From positions 64,001 through 128,000 of IMG/VR virus record IMGVR_UViG_3300022848_000777: DNA of 64,000 bases. The stretch is one strand, 5' to 3'. Below are positions 1-10,580 of the stretch, piece by piece. The notes beneath the pieces were generated by a model that saw only the letters and a list, made by a program, of their open reading frames with translations, made no database searches and had not been told where the DNA came from. Source of the DNA: a virus. Numbering within the stretch: the first letter of the stretch is position 1; each line of letters begins with the position of its first letter. The translations under genes and the position numbers were made by a program.

Positions 1-209
1 CATTTTTAGATGTTGCTAAGGCATTGCGAAAATGGTATGATACCGATGAAAGTGTAAGAATTGAATGTGGTATTGAGGGATCTGAATACGTAAAATTAGC
101 AGAAGTTGGAATGAGTGCAGATCTTATGGGTGATAGATTTATAAATGCAATGGATACCGTTCTAAATGAATGGAAACCCAAAAAATCTATAGTAATTTGG
201 AAAATATGA
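1..209 (+). CDS. C-terminal end of a probable GT-B (GT4-like) glycosyltransferase, truncated by the window edge
   Basis: Frame is open to position 3 (FLDVAKALRKWY...); helix pattern resembles GT-B C-termini; next to the GT cluster. Confidence 0.5.
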   Translation, partial: FLDVAKALRKWYDTDESVRIECGIEGSEYVKLAEVGMSADLMGDRFINAMDTVLNEWKPKKSIVIWKI

Positions 210-239
210 AATTAAAAGAAATAGATAATATTAAAAATA

Positions 240-1562
240 ATGGATAAGAAATACGTAGTTATATCAGCACCAGTAGCAACCAGAAGTGGTTATGGTGCAA
301 GAAGTAGAGATTTTATAAGAGCATTAATTGAGGCAAAACCTGAATGGGATATTCACATCTTACCGCAACGATGGGGTTCAACACCAATGGATGCATTGGT
401 AGAAAATGTTGATAGTGATTTAATCAATCGATTAATCCTAACTGGGAATTTACCTAAAAAACCAGATGTTTGGTTTCAGATAACAGTACCTAATGAATTT
501 CAAGCAGTTGGTTATTATAACATCGGTGTAACTGCGGGTGTTGAGACTAGTATAATGCCTCCTGAGTGTATTGAGGGTATTAACCGAATGGATCAGATAA
601 TTGTATCATCTGAATTTACTAAAACCGTTATTGAGCAAACTAACTTTGATAAAAAGGATAAAAATAGTGGCAAGATTGTTGGTAACTTGAAATCATCTAC
701 TAAAATTGATGTCTTATTTGAGGGTATTAATACCGACATATATGATAATAAATCCGATAGTGAGCCTAGAGTGAATGATGCACTTTCTACTGTTAGTGAA
801 GATTTCGCATTTCTATTTGTAGGCCATTGGTTGAAAGGTGATTTCAGAGAAGATAGAAAAAATGTAGGTGGTTTAATTTGGACTTTTCTCGAAACATTCA
901 AAAATAAGAAAAATAGACCAGCTCTTATTTTAAAAACAAATAGTGGTGGAACATCATTGGTTGATCGTGTCGCAATTGAGAAGAAAATAAAAATTATAAA
1001 AGAAAGTATCGATGCTAGAACGTTACCAAATATATACTTAATCCATTCAGATTTGACTGATTCTGAAATGAATGCACTTTACAATCATAATAAAGTAAAG
1101 GCCCATGTTTCATTTACTCGTGGTGAGGGATTTGGTAGACCTTTGTTAGAAGCAACTATAAGTGGGAAACCTATAATCGTATCACAGTGGTCGGGTCCTG
1201 TTGATTTTTTACACCCAGAATATGTAACATTTGTAAAGGGAACATTCGATAAGGTACATTCATCAGCAGTTGATAATTTTATACTGAAAGATTCAGAATG
1301 GTTTACAATCGATTACAGTGAAGCTGGTGGGTATATGAGAGATGTAGTTAAAAATTACGATAAATACCTTGCATTATCAAGAAAGCATCGAAAATTCACT
1401 AAAGATAACTTCACATATACACATATGGTAGGTGTTATTTCTCAGTTAATACCAAACGAAGTTGGTGATAACGTACCAAAAAACGTACCGTTGCAATTAC
1501 CTAAATTGAAAAAAACAGAAACACCTAAGATACAATTACCTAAATTGAAAAAAATAAAATAA
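240..1562 (+). CDS. GT4-family glycosyltransferase
   Basis: N-terminal SGYG motif, RKN and EGFGRPLLEA (EX7E) motifs. Confidence 0.85.
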   Translation: MDKKYVVISAPVATRSGYGARSRDFIRALIEAKPEWDIHILPQRWGSTPMDALVENVDSDLINRLILTGNLPKKPDVWFQITVPNEFQAVGYYNIGVTAGVETSIMPPECIEGINRMDQIIVSSEFTKTVIEQTNFDKKDKNSGKIVGNLKSSTKIDVLFEGINTDIYDNKSDSEPRVNDALSTVSEDFAFLFVGHWLKGDFREDRKNVGGLIWTFLETFKNKKNRPALILKTNSGGTSLVDRVAIEKKIKIIKESIDARTLPNIYLIHSDLTDSEMNALYNHNKVKAHVSFTRGEGFGRPLLEATISGKPIIVSQWSGPVDFLHPEYVTFVKGTFDKVHSSAVDNFILKDSEWFTIDYSEAGGYMRDVVKNYDKYLALSRKHRKFTKDNFTYTHMVGVISQLIPNEVGDNVPKNVPLQLPKLKKTETPKIQLPKLKKIK

Positions 1563-1565
1563 ATA

Positions 1566-2006
1566 ATGGGGTATTATACTGAGCATTTAAGTAAGACTAA
1601 AGAACCAAAGGTAGTGGCTACCAGTCGATTGGAGAGGGGTATGGTTGTTATTCTCAGATACAAACCAATCGATGAGATGGTATCAAAACCATACTTATTG
1701 TTTGTTTTACAACCTAAATTTCCGAAGGATTCTAAGGGAAAATTACACGCTCTTTCATTAGACAATGTAAAGCCTGAGGATTTTATGAAATTCGCAAAAG
1801 ATTATAATGAGGTAATGGCCACATCTACAAGAGTACGTAAACTAAACATACCAAAGTTAAAGATAGATAAATCTTCACGAAGATTCTATATTACAGAGAT
1901 AAAAAGTAACCCTGAATTTAAAGGAGCTTATAGGGTATTTGATTTAAAGAGAGTGGGTATCACATCAGCAGTTAATTACGATTACGGAAAATACGATAAT
2001 ATATGA
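1566..2006 (+). CDS. hypothetical protein
   Basis: 146-aa ORF tightly packed in the operon. Confidence 0.7.
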   Translation: MGYYTEHLSKTKEPKVVATSRLERGMVVILRYKPIDEMVSKPYLLFVLQPKFPKDSKGKLHALSLDNVKPEDFMKFAKDYNEVMATSTRVRKLNIPKLKIDKSSRRFYITEIKSNPEFKGAYRVFDLKRVGITSAVNYDYGKYDNI

Positions 2007-2620
2007 AAATCAGTTACGCAATTACAGTCCACAATGAATTAGATTCGATACGAAATCTAATACCATATCTTTTAAAGAGAATCAAAAATTCAGATGAAAT
2101 AGTTGTTCTTATGGATGATAAGGGCCCTGAATCAGTTTGGAACTTTCTAATATCAATAGAACATTCTTTGGGGTGTTTAAATCGATTGAAATTTAATGAT
2201 GATTTTTCAGAGTGGAAGAATAAACTAAACTCAATGTGTTCGGGAGATTACATAATAAACATAGATGCAGATGAACTGCCTAGTGGGTTTTTAATTGAGC
2301 ATATACATGATGTATTAAAACTCAATAAAGATATTGATTTGATAGCAGTTCCTAGAATTAATATGGTTAGTGGGATAACCACAGATCATATCACCCAATG
2401 GAATTGGAAGATAAACGAAAAGGGTTGGATAAATTTCCCCGATTATCAGATGAGAATCTATAGAAATGATCCATCTATAAAATGGATCAACAAAGTGCAT
2501 GAAAAAATAGATGGGTATAAGACATCATCACTTTTACCAATGGAAGAAGTATGGGCATTTTTTCATTCAAAGGATATTGATATACAGGAGAAACAAAACA
2601 AATATTATAATGAATTATGA
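2003..2620 (+). CDS. GT2-family glycosyltransferase
   Basis: ISYAITVHNE, DADE, PDYQMR and VHE motifs. Confidence 0.85.
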   Translation: MKISYAITVHNELDSIRNLIPYLLKRIKNSDEIVVLMDDKGPESVWNFLISIEHSLGCLNRLKFNDDFSEWKNKLNSMCSGDYIINIDADELPSGFLIEHIHDVLKLNKDIDLIAVPRINMVSGITTDHITQWNWKINEKGWINFPDYQMRIYRNDPSIKWINKVHEKIDGYKTSSLLPMEEVWAFFHSKDIDIQEKQNKYYNEL

Positions 2621-3459
2621 TATTCTGGAGAACTTATAATAATAAAGTGTACTCAATTCAGGAAACCGACAAATTGGGATTCTCTACTAACGATCCATCA
2701 TATATACCTGATGAATATTTAGAAAATGGTGAATTTGTAATTCTAAGGACTGCATTTGGTGTGGGTGATTGGGGAATATTATCAGCTTTCCCTTTTAAAC
2801 TTAAAGAGAAATATCCAAACTGTAAGGTTTTAATACCATCACCAAAATTACTTAGAAATCTTTTCGGTGGACTGGAGAAAAACTGGAGTTCATGGGATGA
2901 TCCATTTAATGTAGTTCATACTATATTTGACAATAACCCCTACGTTGATGGGTTTATTGATTCCTTTGAAGGTGATGTTTTCAATGATCACTATCGAATA
3001 TATGGCACTGATGATGTGCCTTTAATGGAAGAAATCCTTCGATTCTGGCAGTTTGACAATTTCGATAATATCGAACCAGAATTATATTGGTCAAAAGAAG
3101 AATGTGAACTTGGTGATAAGATTATTAAAGAGCATTCTGATGGTATATTTGGCACTCTCCTTATATCGAATCGGTTTGATGGTGTGGGTATTGATAGAAT
3201 CCAAGATGTGATTGATCAATATGATTTACCCATGTTTTATTGGATTAAATCGCCTGAAATTGAAGGATTGGAATTTACAAAAGCTCTAGATATGAGGCAT
3301 GTGAATATTCGTATTCAATTATACATTAAAAGAAAAGCACAATTCAATGTAGGTAATCAATCAGGTGTTAATGATACGATTGCAAATTACACACCAACCT
3401 TCACGGTGGCACGGCCTAATCTCGGTTCTAATATAATCCATAATCAGAATTATTTATGA
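2617..3459 (+). CDS. GT9-like glycosyltransferase
   Basis: GVGDW, FDNNPYVD and VGNQSG motifs resemble heptosyltransferase-like GT-B enzymes. Confidence 0.55.
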   Translation: MIFWRTYNNKVYSIQETDKLGFSTNDPSYIPDEYLENGEFVILRTAFGVGDWGILSAFPFKLKEKYPNCKVLIPSPKLLRNLFGGLEKNWSSWDDPFNVVHTIFDNNPYVDGFIDSFEGDVFNDHYRIYGTDDVPLMEEILRFWQFDNFDNIEPELYWSKEECELGDKIIKEHSDGIFGTLLISNRFDGVGIDRIQDVIDQYDLPMFYWIKSPEIEGLEFTKALDMRHVNIRIQLYIKRKAQFNVGNQSGVNDTIANYTPTFTVARPNLGSNIIHNQNYL

Positions 3460-4157
3460 AAATAGTAGTTTATACAGCAATTATAGGTGGGTATGATACA
3501 TTAACTGACCCATTGGTGAAGCCAGATGGTGTTGATTTTATTTGTTTTACTGATAGAGATATTAGTAGTGATGTATGGGAAATCCGAAAAGTTTTACCTT
3601 TATATGATGATAATACTCGAACTGCCAGAAAATACAAAACACTATCACATCGATATTTGAAAGGATATGATTGGTCAATTTGGGTAGATGGTAATATAAA
3701 AATAAAGTCGGATATTACAGAATTATGTACTGGTAATTCGTGTAAGACTTACGATCATATGAAAGTGATGGACAAGTGGAATTGTGTATATGATGAAGCT
3801 AATATGATAATTCAATATGGTGAAATTAATTCAAAAAAAACACCAGATCGGGGTATTTCTAATTGGAAAGATGACCCTACTGTAATTGAGAAACAAATGA
3901 GGTTGTATAAATCCATCGGATATCCATCAAACAACGGTCAAGCCACCACACCAATAGTAGTTAGAAATCATAATGATGTTGATGTAATAAAACATAACGA
4001 AGATTGGTGGGCTGAGATAAAGTATTATTCAAAACGTGATCAATTAAGTTTTAACTATGTTGCTTGGAAAAATGATTTCAATTTCACATATTTAGAAGGT
4101 GATTCTCGGTCTAATAAATACTTTATGAGTATGGGAAAGCATAGTGGTAGACAGTAG
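3456..4157 (+). CDS. DUF616/TOD1-like glycosyltransferase
   Basis: VYTAIIGGYD, FICFTD, WVDGN and RDQLSFNY motifs. Confidence 0.8.
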   Translation: MKIVVYTAIIGGYDTLTDPLVKPDGVDFICFTDRDISSDVWEIRKVLPLYDDNTRTARKYKTLSHRYLKGYDWSIWVDGNIKIKSDITELCTGNSCKTYDHMKVMDKWNCVYDEANMIIQYGEINSKKTPDRGISNWKDDPTVIEKQMRLYKSIGYPSNNGQATTPIVVRNHNDVDVIKHNEDWWAEIKYYSKRDQLSFNYVAWKNDFNFTYLEGDSRSNKYFMSMGKHSGRQ

Positions 4158-4162
4158 TTAAT

Positions 4163-5155
4163 ATGAAACGTATATTATTTATAACATCACAATATCGGAC
4201 TGGTGAGAGAATTTATCCAATAATACCAAATCTTGCATCTGAGTATAATATTGATTTACTAAAAGTGTATCAGATGGCTGGTAATCATAAGTGGGTTGGT
4301 GATATTGACATGAGGCAAGTGTTTGATAAAAAATATTCAGAATACTTCCAGAATATATATCAACATAAGTGTGATGTATCAAACTATGATCTTATTATAT
4401 CCGATGATAATAGAAATAATGCAAAGACTAATCTAAAAGATGTGTATTCTAAAAAGAATTGTAAACTTATAGCGTTTGAGCATGGTAACTCTGAAAAACC
4501 CTATTTTAAACAAGGGCATATGGTTGTATTTGATAAATGTATGGTTTTCGGTAAAAAAGACATCATCCATAGTGATTGTATAGCTAGTGGTATACCCGCT
4601 AATGACACTCTTATTAACTATAAAAATATACCCAAAAAACATATATTAGTTATAGTTAACTTCTTAGGTAATAGAAGTTCACCGTTTAAGCAAAACTTTG
4701 ATGAATCCTTTTTCAAAAAGATTGATATATTAAACATACAAAAGCATTTTAATCTTATCGTAATTATAAAATTAAAGAGTAGGGCTAATGATGGTGGTTA
4801 TGCAGGAAATATCACATACCTACGTAAAATACTACCAGTTGGGTTAGATTATAAAATAGTAGTTGATACTGATAATGATAATAAACTAATATCGGAAAGT
4901 AAATGTGTTATTTCAGCACCATCGACTCTTGCATTTAAACCAATTCAGATTGGTATACCTACTGTTTTAATAAAAGGTACGGGCCAAGAGGGTAGCTTTT
5001 CTGATTACAATTATTTATTTGATATTAATACAAATATATTACCGCACCTATCACATAATATTAATAATAATGATTGGATATTAAATTCAATCGAAGGTGG
5101 TTTATTATTTAATAGTACTGATGTTGTGATTAGCACTATAAAGCAATTTATATAG
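4163..5155 (+). CDS. GT-B fold protein, possible polysaccharide or sialyl transferase
   Basis: EHG, STLAF and GIPTVLI motifs; upstream of neuA/neuB. Confidence 0.5.
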   Translation: MKRILFITSQYRTGERIYPIIPNLASEYNIDLLKVYQMAGNHKWVGDIDMRQVFDKKYSEYFQNIYQHKCDVSNYDLIISDDNRNNAKTNLKDVYSKKNCKLIAFEHGNSEKPYFKQGHMVVFDKCMVFGKKDIIHSDCIASGIPANDTLINYKNIPKKHILVIVNFLGNRSSPFKQNFDESFFKKIDILNIQKHFNLIVIIKLKSRANDGGYAGNITYLRKILPVGLDYKIVVDTDNDNKLISESKCVISAPSTLAFKPIQIGIPTVLIKGTGQEGSFSDYNYLFDINTNILPHLSHNINNNDWILNSIEGGLLFNSTDVVISTIKQFI

Positions 5156-5171
5156 TAAACAGTTAAAAAAT

Positions 5172-6134
5172 ATGAAAGAAAGTATAATAGTGTATGTTTC
5201 ATCTAGAAATAACTATGATATGGTTGAGGGTGCAGTTTTAAAAAATATTAAATTAAATGGTTATGAATTTGTCAATGTAGATGATGGTAGTAGTGATATT
5301 GAGATATCTAAAGGTAAAGAGCAATCAAAACGAATTGGATTCACATTCCTAGAAAATAAGAAGTGTGGGGTACAATACGCAACTCAAACAGTGATCGATT
5401 GGGTAAATGAAAATAGACCTAATTGTAAATACGTAGTTTGTTTTCAACATGACAACTACCCAATAACTGATAATTTCTTTGATTCGATGGAACATCAGGT
5501 TAAATTATTGGAAAATGAAAAAGTGGGTTTAATTGGATTTAATCACTTAGATAATGGATCTTACACAGGAGATGCATTGAAACGATATAATCGAAATGAA
5601 GATAATGTTAAGGGAATACTTGGGTTATGCCATTTAAGCATAAAGGATAATCGCAAACGATGGTTATGTCCCGTTAGACAGCCTGAGTTAATTAAACACA
5701 TTAAATTCAACCGACCATTTGCAATAGAATTCCCGATGTGGGCTGCACTTGGTATTAATGTAAAAGCATGGAATGATGTAATTAATCCCACAGAGGATTA
5801 CCAATTTCATTTATGGGCTCCTGATGTAGCATTTCAATTCAATTTCAAAAATTACATGTCAGTAATTCTGCCAAATTTATATTGTATGAATGATCAGAGC
5901 TTGAAATTGAAGTTTGGAATAGATGTGAATAGTGCTCATGGTGCTAAAGCTGGTAATAATTATCATTTTGGGGAATACGGCCCCCATTTGATTAATTTCA
6001 AAAAAAGATGGGGGTGGGATTATGAGAATGTAAAAGGAACATTCCCAATCGTAAAACATAAATATACTGGTACTCTAATAGATCAGTACTATACACACAA
6101 TATAAAAAACGGACCAATATGGGTAGGATATTAG
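5172..6134 (+). CDS. GT2-family glycosyltransferase
   Basis: VDDGSSD and QHD motifs. Confidence 0.7.
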   Translation: MKESIIVYVSSRNNYDMVEGAVLKNIKLNGYEFVNVDDGSSDIEISKGKEQSKRIGFTFLENKKCGVQYATQTVIDWVNENRPNCKYVVCFQHDNYPITDNFFDSMEHQVKLLENEKVGLIGFNHLDNGSYTGDALKRYNRNEDNVKGILGLCHLSIKDNRKRWLCPVRQPELIKHIKFNRPFAIEFPMWAALGINVKAWNDVINPTEDYQFHLWAPDVAFQFNFKNYMSVILPNLYCMNDQSLKLKFGIDVNSAHGAKAGNNYHFGEYGPHLINFKKRWGWDYENVKGTFPIVKHKYTGTLIDQYYTHNIKNGPIWVGY

Positions 6135-7066
6135 TAACAGGCTGCGCAGGCCTGATTGGAAGTCATGTAGTAGAAACGCTTTTAAAAGCAGATCATTATG
6201 TGATCGGAGTTGATGATTTAAGTTATGGATCGAATATGAATGGGCATCCGAACTTTAAATTTGTAAAAAGTAAAGTTCAAGATTTTACAAACGTAGGTGA
6301 ATTGGATGCAGTTTTCCATTTAGCAACACTAAAGAAAACATTCAGTGGGGTGAAATGTGATGCATCCGAAGTTATGATAAATAGTGTTACAATGGCAGAG
6401 AGGATTAAATCTATATGTAAATCAACGGGTGCATTCCTCATATTTAGTAGTACATCTGATGTGTATTCAAATTCAACCACATTCAATGAAACTGATAGAT
6501 TAACAATTGGCCCACCTAATATAAAACGGTATAGTTATGCTGTAACCAAATTATGGGAAGAACAGTATTATATGGATTTATTTAAAGAGGGTTATATTGA
6601 AGGATCAATTGCAAGAATATTCGGATGTACTAGCCCCAGAGCAGCCAAAGGGTGGAGTGGTGGTCATATCCCATTATTTTTACATAAGGCAATGCAAGGT
6701 GATGATATTATCATACATGGTGATGGTCTTCAAACGAGAAGTATTTGCCATGCAGAAAGTATATCTACTGGATTAATCCGAATGTATGATCGGAAGCAGT
6801 TGACCCGATCTGAGATATTTAATTTAGGTTCTGATAAACAAATGTCAGTTCGTGATGCAGCGGAATTAATTAATACAATCGCAGGGAATAACTCAAAAAT
6901 AAAATATATAAGTACCACTGAGGCATTTGGTGAATATCCTGAAATTCAGATAAGATTTGCCGACACGGATAAGGCTCGGAGAGTTTTAGGTGTTACTTTC
7001 GATGAGGAATTAATTGATATAGTAAACGAAATGATCAATATCTGGTCAGTTAGTAGTACCCACTAA
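6119..7066 (+). CDS. NAD-dependent nucleotide-sugar epimerase/dehydratase (extended SDR)
   Basis: TGCAGLIG, SSTSDVY, YAVTK and GDGLQTR motifs. Confidence 0.9.
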   Translation: MGRILVTGCAGLIGSHVVETLLKADHYVIGVDDLSYGSNMNGHPNFKFVKSKVQDFTNVGELDAVFHLATLKKTFSGVKCDASEVMINSVTMAERIKSICKSTGAFLIFSSTSDVYSNSTTFNETDRLTIGPPNIKRYSYAVTKLWEEQYYMDLFKEGYIEGSIARIFGCTSPRAAKGWSGGHIPLFLHKAMQGDDIIIHGDGLQTRSICHAESISTGLIRMYDRKQLTRSEIFNLGSDKQMSVRDAAELINTIAGNNSKIKYISTTEAFGEYPEIQIRFADTDKARRVLGVTFDEELIDIVNEMINIWSVSSTH

Positions 7067-7088
7067 AATTTAAAGTAAAATTAAATTG

Positions 7089-8015
7089 ATGATAGATAGA
7101 AAAATAATAGTAATAACACCAATAAAGCATATAGTGGGTGCAGTTGAACTTTTACAATCAAAGGGTGATGTGATTTTTTATGAAGAAGCATCAAAAATGG
7201 ATGTGAGATCGATATTACTAAGTAGTGGTGTTAATACCATCTTATGTAATCCAAATCAACAAACGTATAAAATTGATAAGGAGTTATTAGATGGTACTGA
7301 TATTGATCTAATCAATACGTGCTCAACAGGAATGAACCACATCGATATCAAATATTGTGAGGATAGTGGTATTTTAATATATTCATTAACCAATGATATG
7401 GGGCTTATTAATGATTTACCATCTACATCTGAACTTGCATTTGGTTTACTTTTAGATTTGATGAGAAATATCACAAAATCAAATAATATTACAAAACGTG
7501 ATCTGAGTTGGGATTACCTACCATTCGTAGGGCAGCAGATGAAAGGTTATAGAGTGGGTATAGTGGGGTATGGTCGGCTTGGGAAGATGATGGCTGGGTA
7601 TTGTAGATCGTTTGATGCTACAGTGGATATCTACGACCCATATTCAAACGAATCAACTGTTGATACCTTAGAATCGTTATTTGATAAGTGTGATGCTGTG
7701 TCATTGCATGTCCATGTTAACGATGAGACTAAATATATGATCGATTACAAATTACTTTCCCGTAATGTTAAGTTTTTAGTAAATACATCTCGTGGTGAAA
7801 TTGTAAATGAATCCGATGTTGTCAGATCATTACAGGAATCTAAATTAATTGGATATGCATCTGATGTCATTGAAGATGAATTTGATGATATTAAAAATTC
7901 ACCACTCTTTCATTTGGAAAATTCAAAATTAAATTGTATAGTTACACCTCATATTGGGGGTATGACTATACAAGGACAAACAAAAGCCTATATGTGGGCA
8001 ATTAACAAACTGTAA
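7089..8015 (+). CDS. D-isomer-specific 2-hydroxyacid dehydrogenase
   Basis: GIVGYGRLG, NTSRGEIV and TPHIGG motifs. Confidence 0.9.
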   Translation: MIDRKIIVITPIKHIVGAVELLQSKGDVIFYEEASKMDVRSILLSSGVNTILCNPNQQTYKIDKELLDGTDIDLINTCSTGMNHIDIKYCEDSGILIYSLTNDMGLINDLPSTSELAFGLLLDLMRNITKSNNITKRDLSWDYLPFVGQQMKGYRVGIVGYGRLGKMMAGYCRSFDATVDIYDPYSNESTVDTLESLFDKCDAVSLHVHVNDETKYMIDYKLLSRNVKFLVNTSRGEIVNESDVVRSLQESKLIGYASDVIEDEFDDIKNSPLFHLENSKLNCIVTPHIGGMTIQGQTKAYMWAINKL

Positions 8016-8020
8016 ATAAT

Positions 8021-8584
8021 ATGAAAGTATTAGTAATCATACCAGCAAAATTAGATTCCACTAGATTAGAAAAAAAGAATATCCGTGAGATTAATGGAAA
8101 GACATTAGTTGAGCATTCTATAGAATATGCATTGAATAGCAAGAATCAGATCCATGTGGTTGTTTCATCGGAAAGTTCGGAAGTTATGGAATCATTTGAA
8201 GGTAAGTATGGTGATATTGTGCAATTTCATAATAGAGATATATCCCTCTGTGGTGATGTGGAAGTTGTGGATGTGTATATGAGTGTACTTGCCGATAAAC
8301 CCACTGTTAATTATGATTTGGTAGTTGGATTGCAACCTGATAATCCTAATAGATGGCAGACATTAGATGATTGTATTGACTATATGTTGGAAAATAATTA
8401 CGATGATTTAGTTACTGTTAACCCTGAATATAAGAGAAGTGGATCAGTTCGTATTTTCAAATACCATTACTTAAAAAATGGGCAGGTTAGTAAACGACTA
8501 GGTTGTATAATGGACTCGGCTATTGATATACACACTGAGAGTGACCTAAATAAAACAAAACTAAAAATGAAAAATAATGATTAA
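8021..8584 (+). CDS. neuA: acylneuraminate cytidylyltransferase (NeuA/KdsB family)
   Basis: IIPAKLDSTRLEKKN, LQPDNP and DIHTESDL motifs. Confidence 0.8.
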   Translation: MKVLVIIPAKLDSTRLEKKNIREINGKTLVEHSIEYALNSKNQIHVVVSSESSEVMESFEGKYGDIVQFHNRDISLCGDVEVVDVYMSVLADKPTVNYDLVVGLQPDNPNRWQTLDDCIDYMLENNYDDLVTVNPEYKRSGSVRIFKYHYLKNGQVSKRLGCIMDSAIDIHTESDLNKTKLKMKNND

Positions 8585-9374
8585 AGTAATAGCAGAATTA
8601 GGATGGAATCACGGTGGGGATATGAACCTAGCCAAAGAAATGATACTCGCTGCAAAAGAAAGTGGTGCAACATATGCGAAGTTTCAAAGTTGGTCTGTTA
8701 GTAAATTAAAACCAGGCAAATGGGATGTAGATGGTCGCCGTGAAATATATCAAAAAGCGGAACTAACAAAAGATCGACATATAGAGTTAATTGATTATTG
8801 TAACAAAGTTGGTATTAAGTTCTTATCAAGTGTATTCAGTATTAGAGATGCTGAATTATTATTTTCATTGGGATTGAAAGAAGTTAAAATTCCAAGTTTT
8901 GAATCTAGAAATATAGATCTTATAAAATATTGTAATGATAACTTCGATACTATATTCATGTCGACTGGTACATCGGAGCATCAAGAAATCGTATTCAGTG
9001 TTACACATATTAACAAAGCAAAGTTATACTTACTTCATTGTGTTTCAACGTACCCATGTAAACCAGAAATGGCTAACATATCACGGATGGGTGAATTCAA
9101 ATACCTATCAACGGTTGGATACTCAGATCACATTCAAGGAGTTGAATCGGCAAAAATAGCAATTGGTGAGGGTGCAATGGTTATCGAAAAGCATTTTACA
9201 ACCGATAATAACCTACCAGGTCGAGATAATGAATTCGCAATATTACCACATGAAATGAAAAACTTAACGGATTATATTAATATGAGAGATAAAATGTTAT
9301 TTCCTTTAGGGTCAAACTACCAATTGAGTGAATTGGATTCTAGGATAAATTATACTGGTAGATTTGATGCATAA
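8577..9374 (+). CDS. neuB: N-acylneuraminate / nonulosonic acid synthase (lacks the C-terminal SAF domain)
   Basis: IAELGWNHGG, KFQ, STG, HCVSTYP, GYSDH and IEKHFT motifs. Confidence 0.9.
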   Translation: MIKVIAELGWNHGGDMNLAKEMILAAKESGATYAKFQSWSVSKLKPGKWDVDGRREIYQKAELTKDRHIELIDYCNKVGIKFLSSVFSIRDAELLFSLGLKEVKIPSFESRNIDLIKYCNDNFDTIFMSTGTSEHQEIVFSVTHINKAKLYLLHCVSTYPCKPEMANISRMGEFKYLSTVGYSDHIQGVESAKIAIGEGAMVIEKHFTTDNNLPGRDNEFAILPHEMKNLTDYINMRDKMLFPLGSNYQLSELDSRINYTGRFDA

Positions 9375-9394
9375 TTTTAAAAAAAATAATTAAT

Positions 9395-10030
9395 ATGGTT
9401 AGTATTATACTTAGAAATAAAAATGAATTCAATCATATAGGATTTGCATTACAATCCATATGTGATTATATTCCCGATGCAGAGGTAATTGTTATTGATA
9501 ATAATTCAACCGATGATTCATTGGATTTGGTTGCATTATTTAATGATAGATTAAACATATCAGTGGTTGAGATATCCAATTATACTCCAGGTAAATCAAT
9601 TAATACGGCAGTTAAGATGTGTTCTAATGAAACTATATTGATTTTATCAGCACATTCTCAGATTACAGATATGGATGTTCCGTATGTGGTTGAGAAATTA
9701 AAAACCCACGCCGCTGTCTTTGGAAATCAAACACCAATTTATTATGGGAAACGGATCTCAAAACGATACATATGGTCTCATTTTACAGAAATTGAGACGG
9801 TAAATATGTGGTCATCAATTGAAGATAGACCATTCTTACATAATGCATTTTGTTTCTACAATAAAGCAGATTTAATGGATATTCCATTTGTTGAGAGTTA
9901 TTCTACTAAAGAAGATCGATATTGGGCCATATCCGCCTTATCAAAGAAAAAATCATATTTATATACACCATCAATAGGAGTGAATCATTATTATACCACC
10001 AATGGTGCAACGTGGAAGGGGATTGACTAA
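9395..10030 (+). CDS. GT2-family glycosyltransferase
   Basis: SIILRNKNE, IDNNSTD and ED motifs. Confidence 0.85.
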   Translation: MVSIILRNKNEFNHIGFALQSICDYIPDAEVIVIDNNSTDDSLDLVALFNDRLNISVVEISNYTPGKSINTAVKMCSNETILILSAHSQITDMDVPYVVEKLKTHAAVFGNQTPIYYGKRISKRYIWSHFTEIETVNMWSSIEDRPFLHNAFCFYNKADLMDIPFVESYSTKEDRYWAISALSKKKSYLYTPSIGVNHYYTTNGATWKGID

Positions 10031-10580
10031 TCATAAAGATGTAAGGGTATTGCAATCACTTATGATAAGTGATGCTGTACCAGATGATATAATGAGGCCT
10101 GATGAACGTACTGGTATTATGATAGGTGGTAATATGAAATCGTGGTATGGTGGATTTGATTCGTTTATGTTAGCTAGTAGTGTTACTGATGATATACATC
10201 AACCTATGATGGGTCGACGTGCAGAAAGTGAAACATCACTGGGTATTAACCAATTACCTTATTTAGTGTGGCAGGATTGGATCACTGAATTGTCAAAAAG
10301 AAGGTTAGGTATTCATATGATGAGAACTCATGCAGCTGGAACTTTTTCGTTAAACTGTAGTTTCTTAGGAATTCCATCCATTGGATATGATACATTAGAT
10401 ACACAACGAATATTACACCCTAATTTATCAGTTAAAGATGGTGATATGGTTACTGCAAGACGGTTAGTAGATAAATTGTGGAATGATTTAGATTTCTACG
10501 AAGAAAATTGTATTTTAACAAAAGAATTATACATAAAACATTACAGTGAGAGTGTATTTAAACAGAAAATGAAGTTATGA
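10002..10580 (+). pseudogene. probable N-terminally truncated GT-B glycosyltransferase (C-terminal lobe only)
   Basis: AAGTF..NC..LGIPSIG and terminal HYSE pattern; ORF start overlaps the upstream gene and no N-terminal lobe is present. Confidence 0.4.

Noticed and set aside
1566-2006. T4 gp2-like DNA end protector
   Set aside because: Only a vague resemblance; the expected motifs could not be matched
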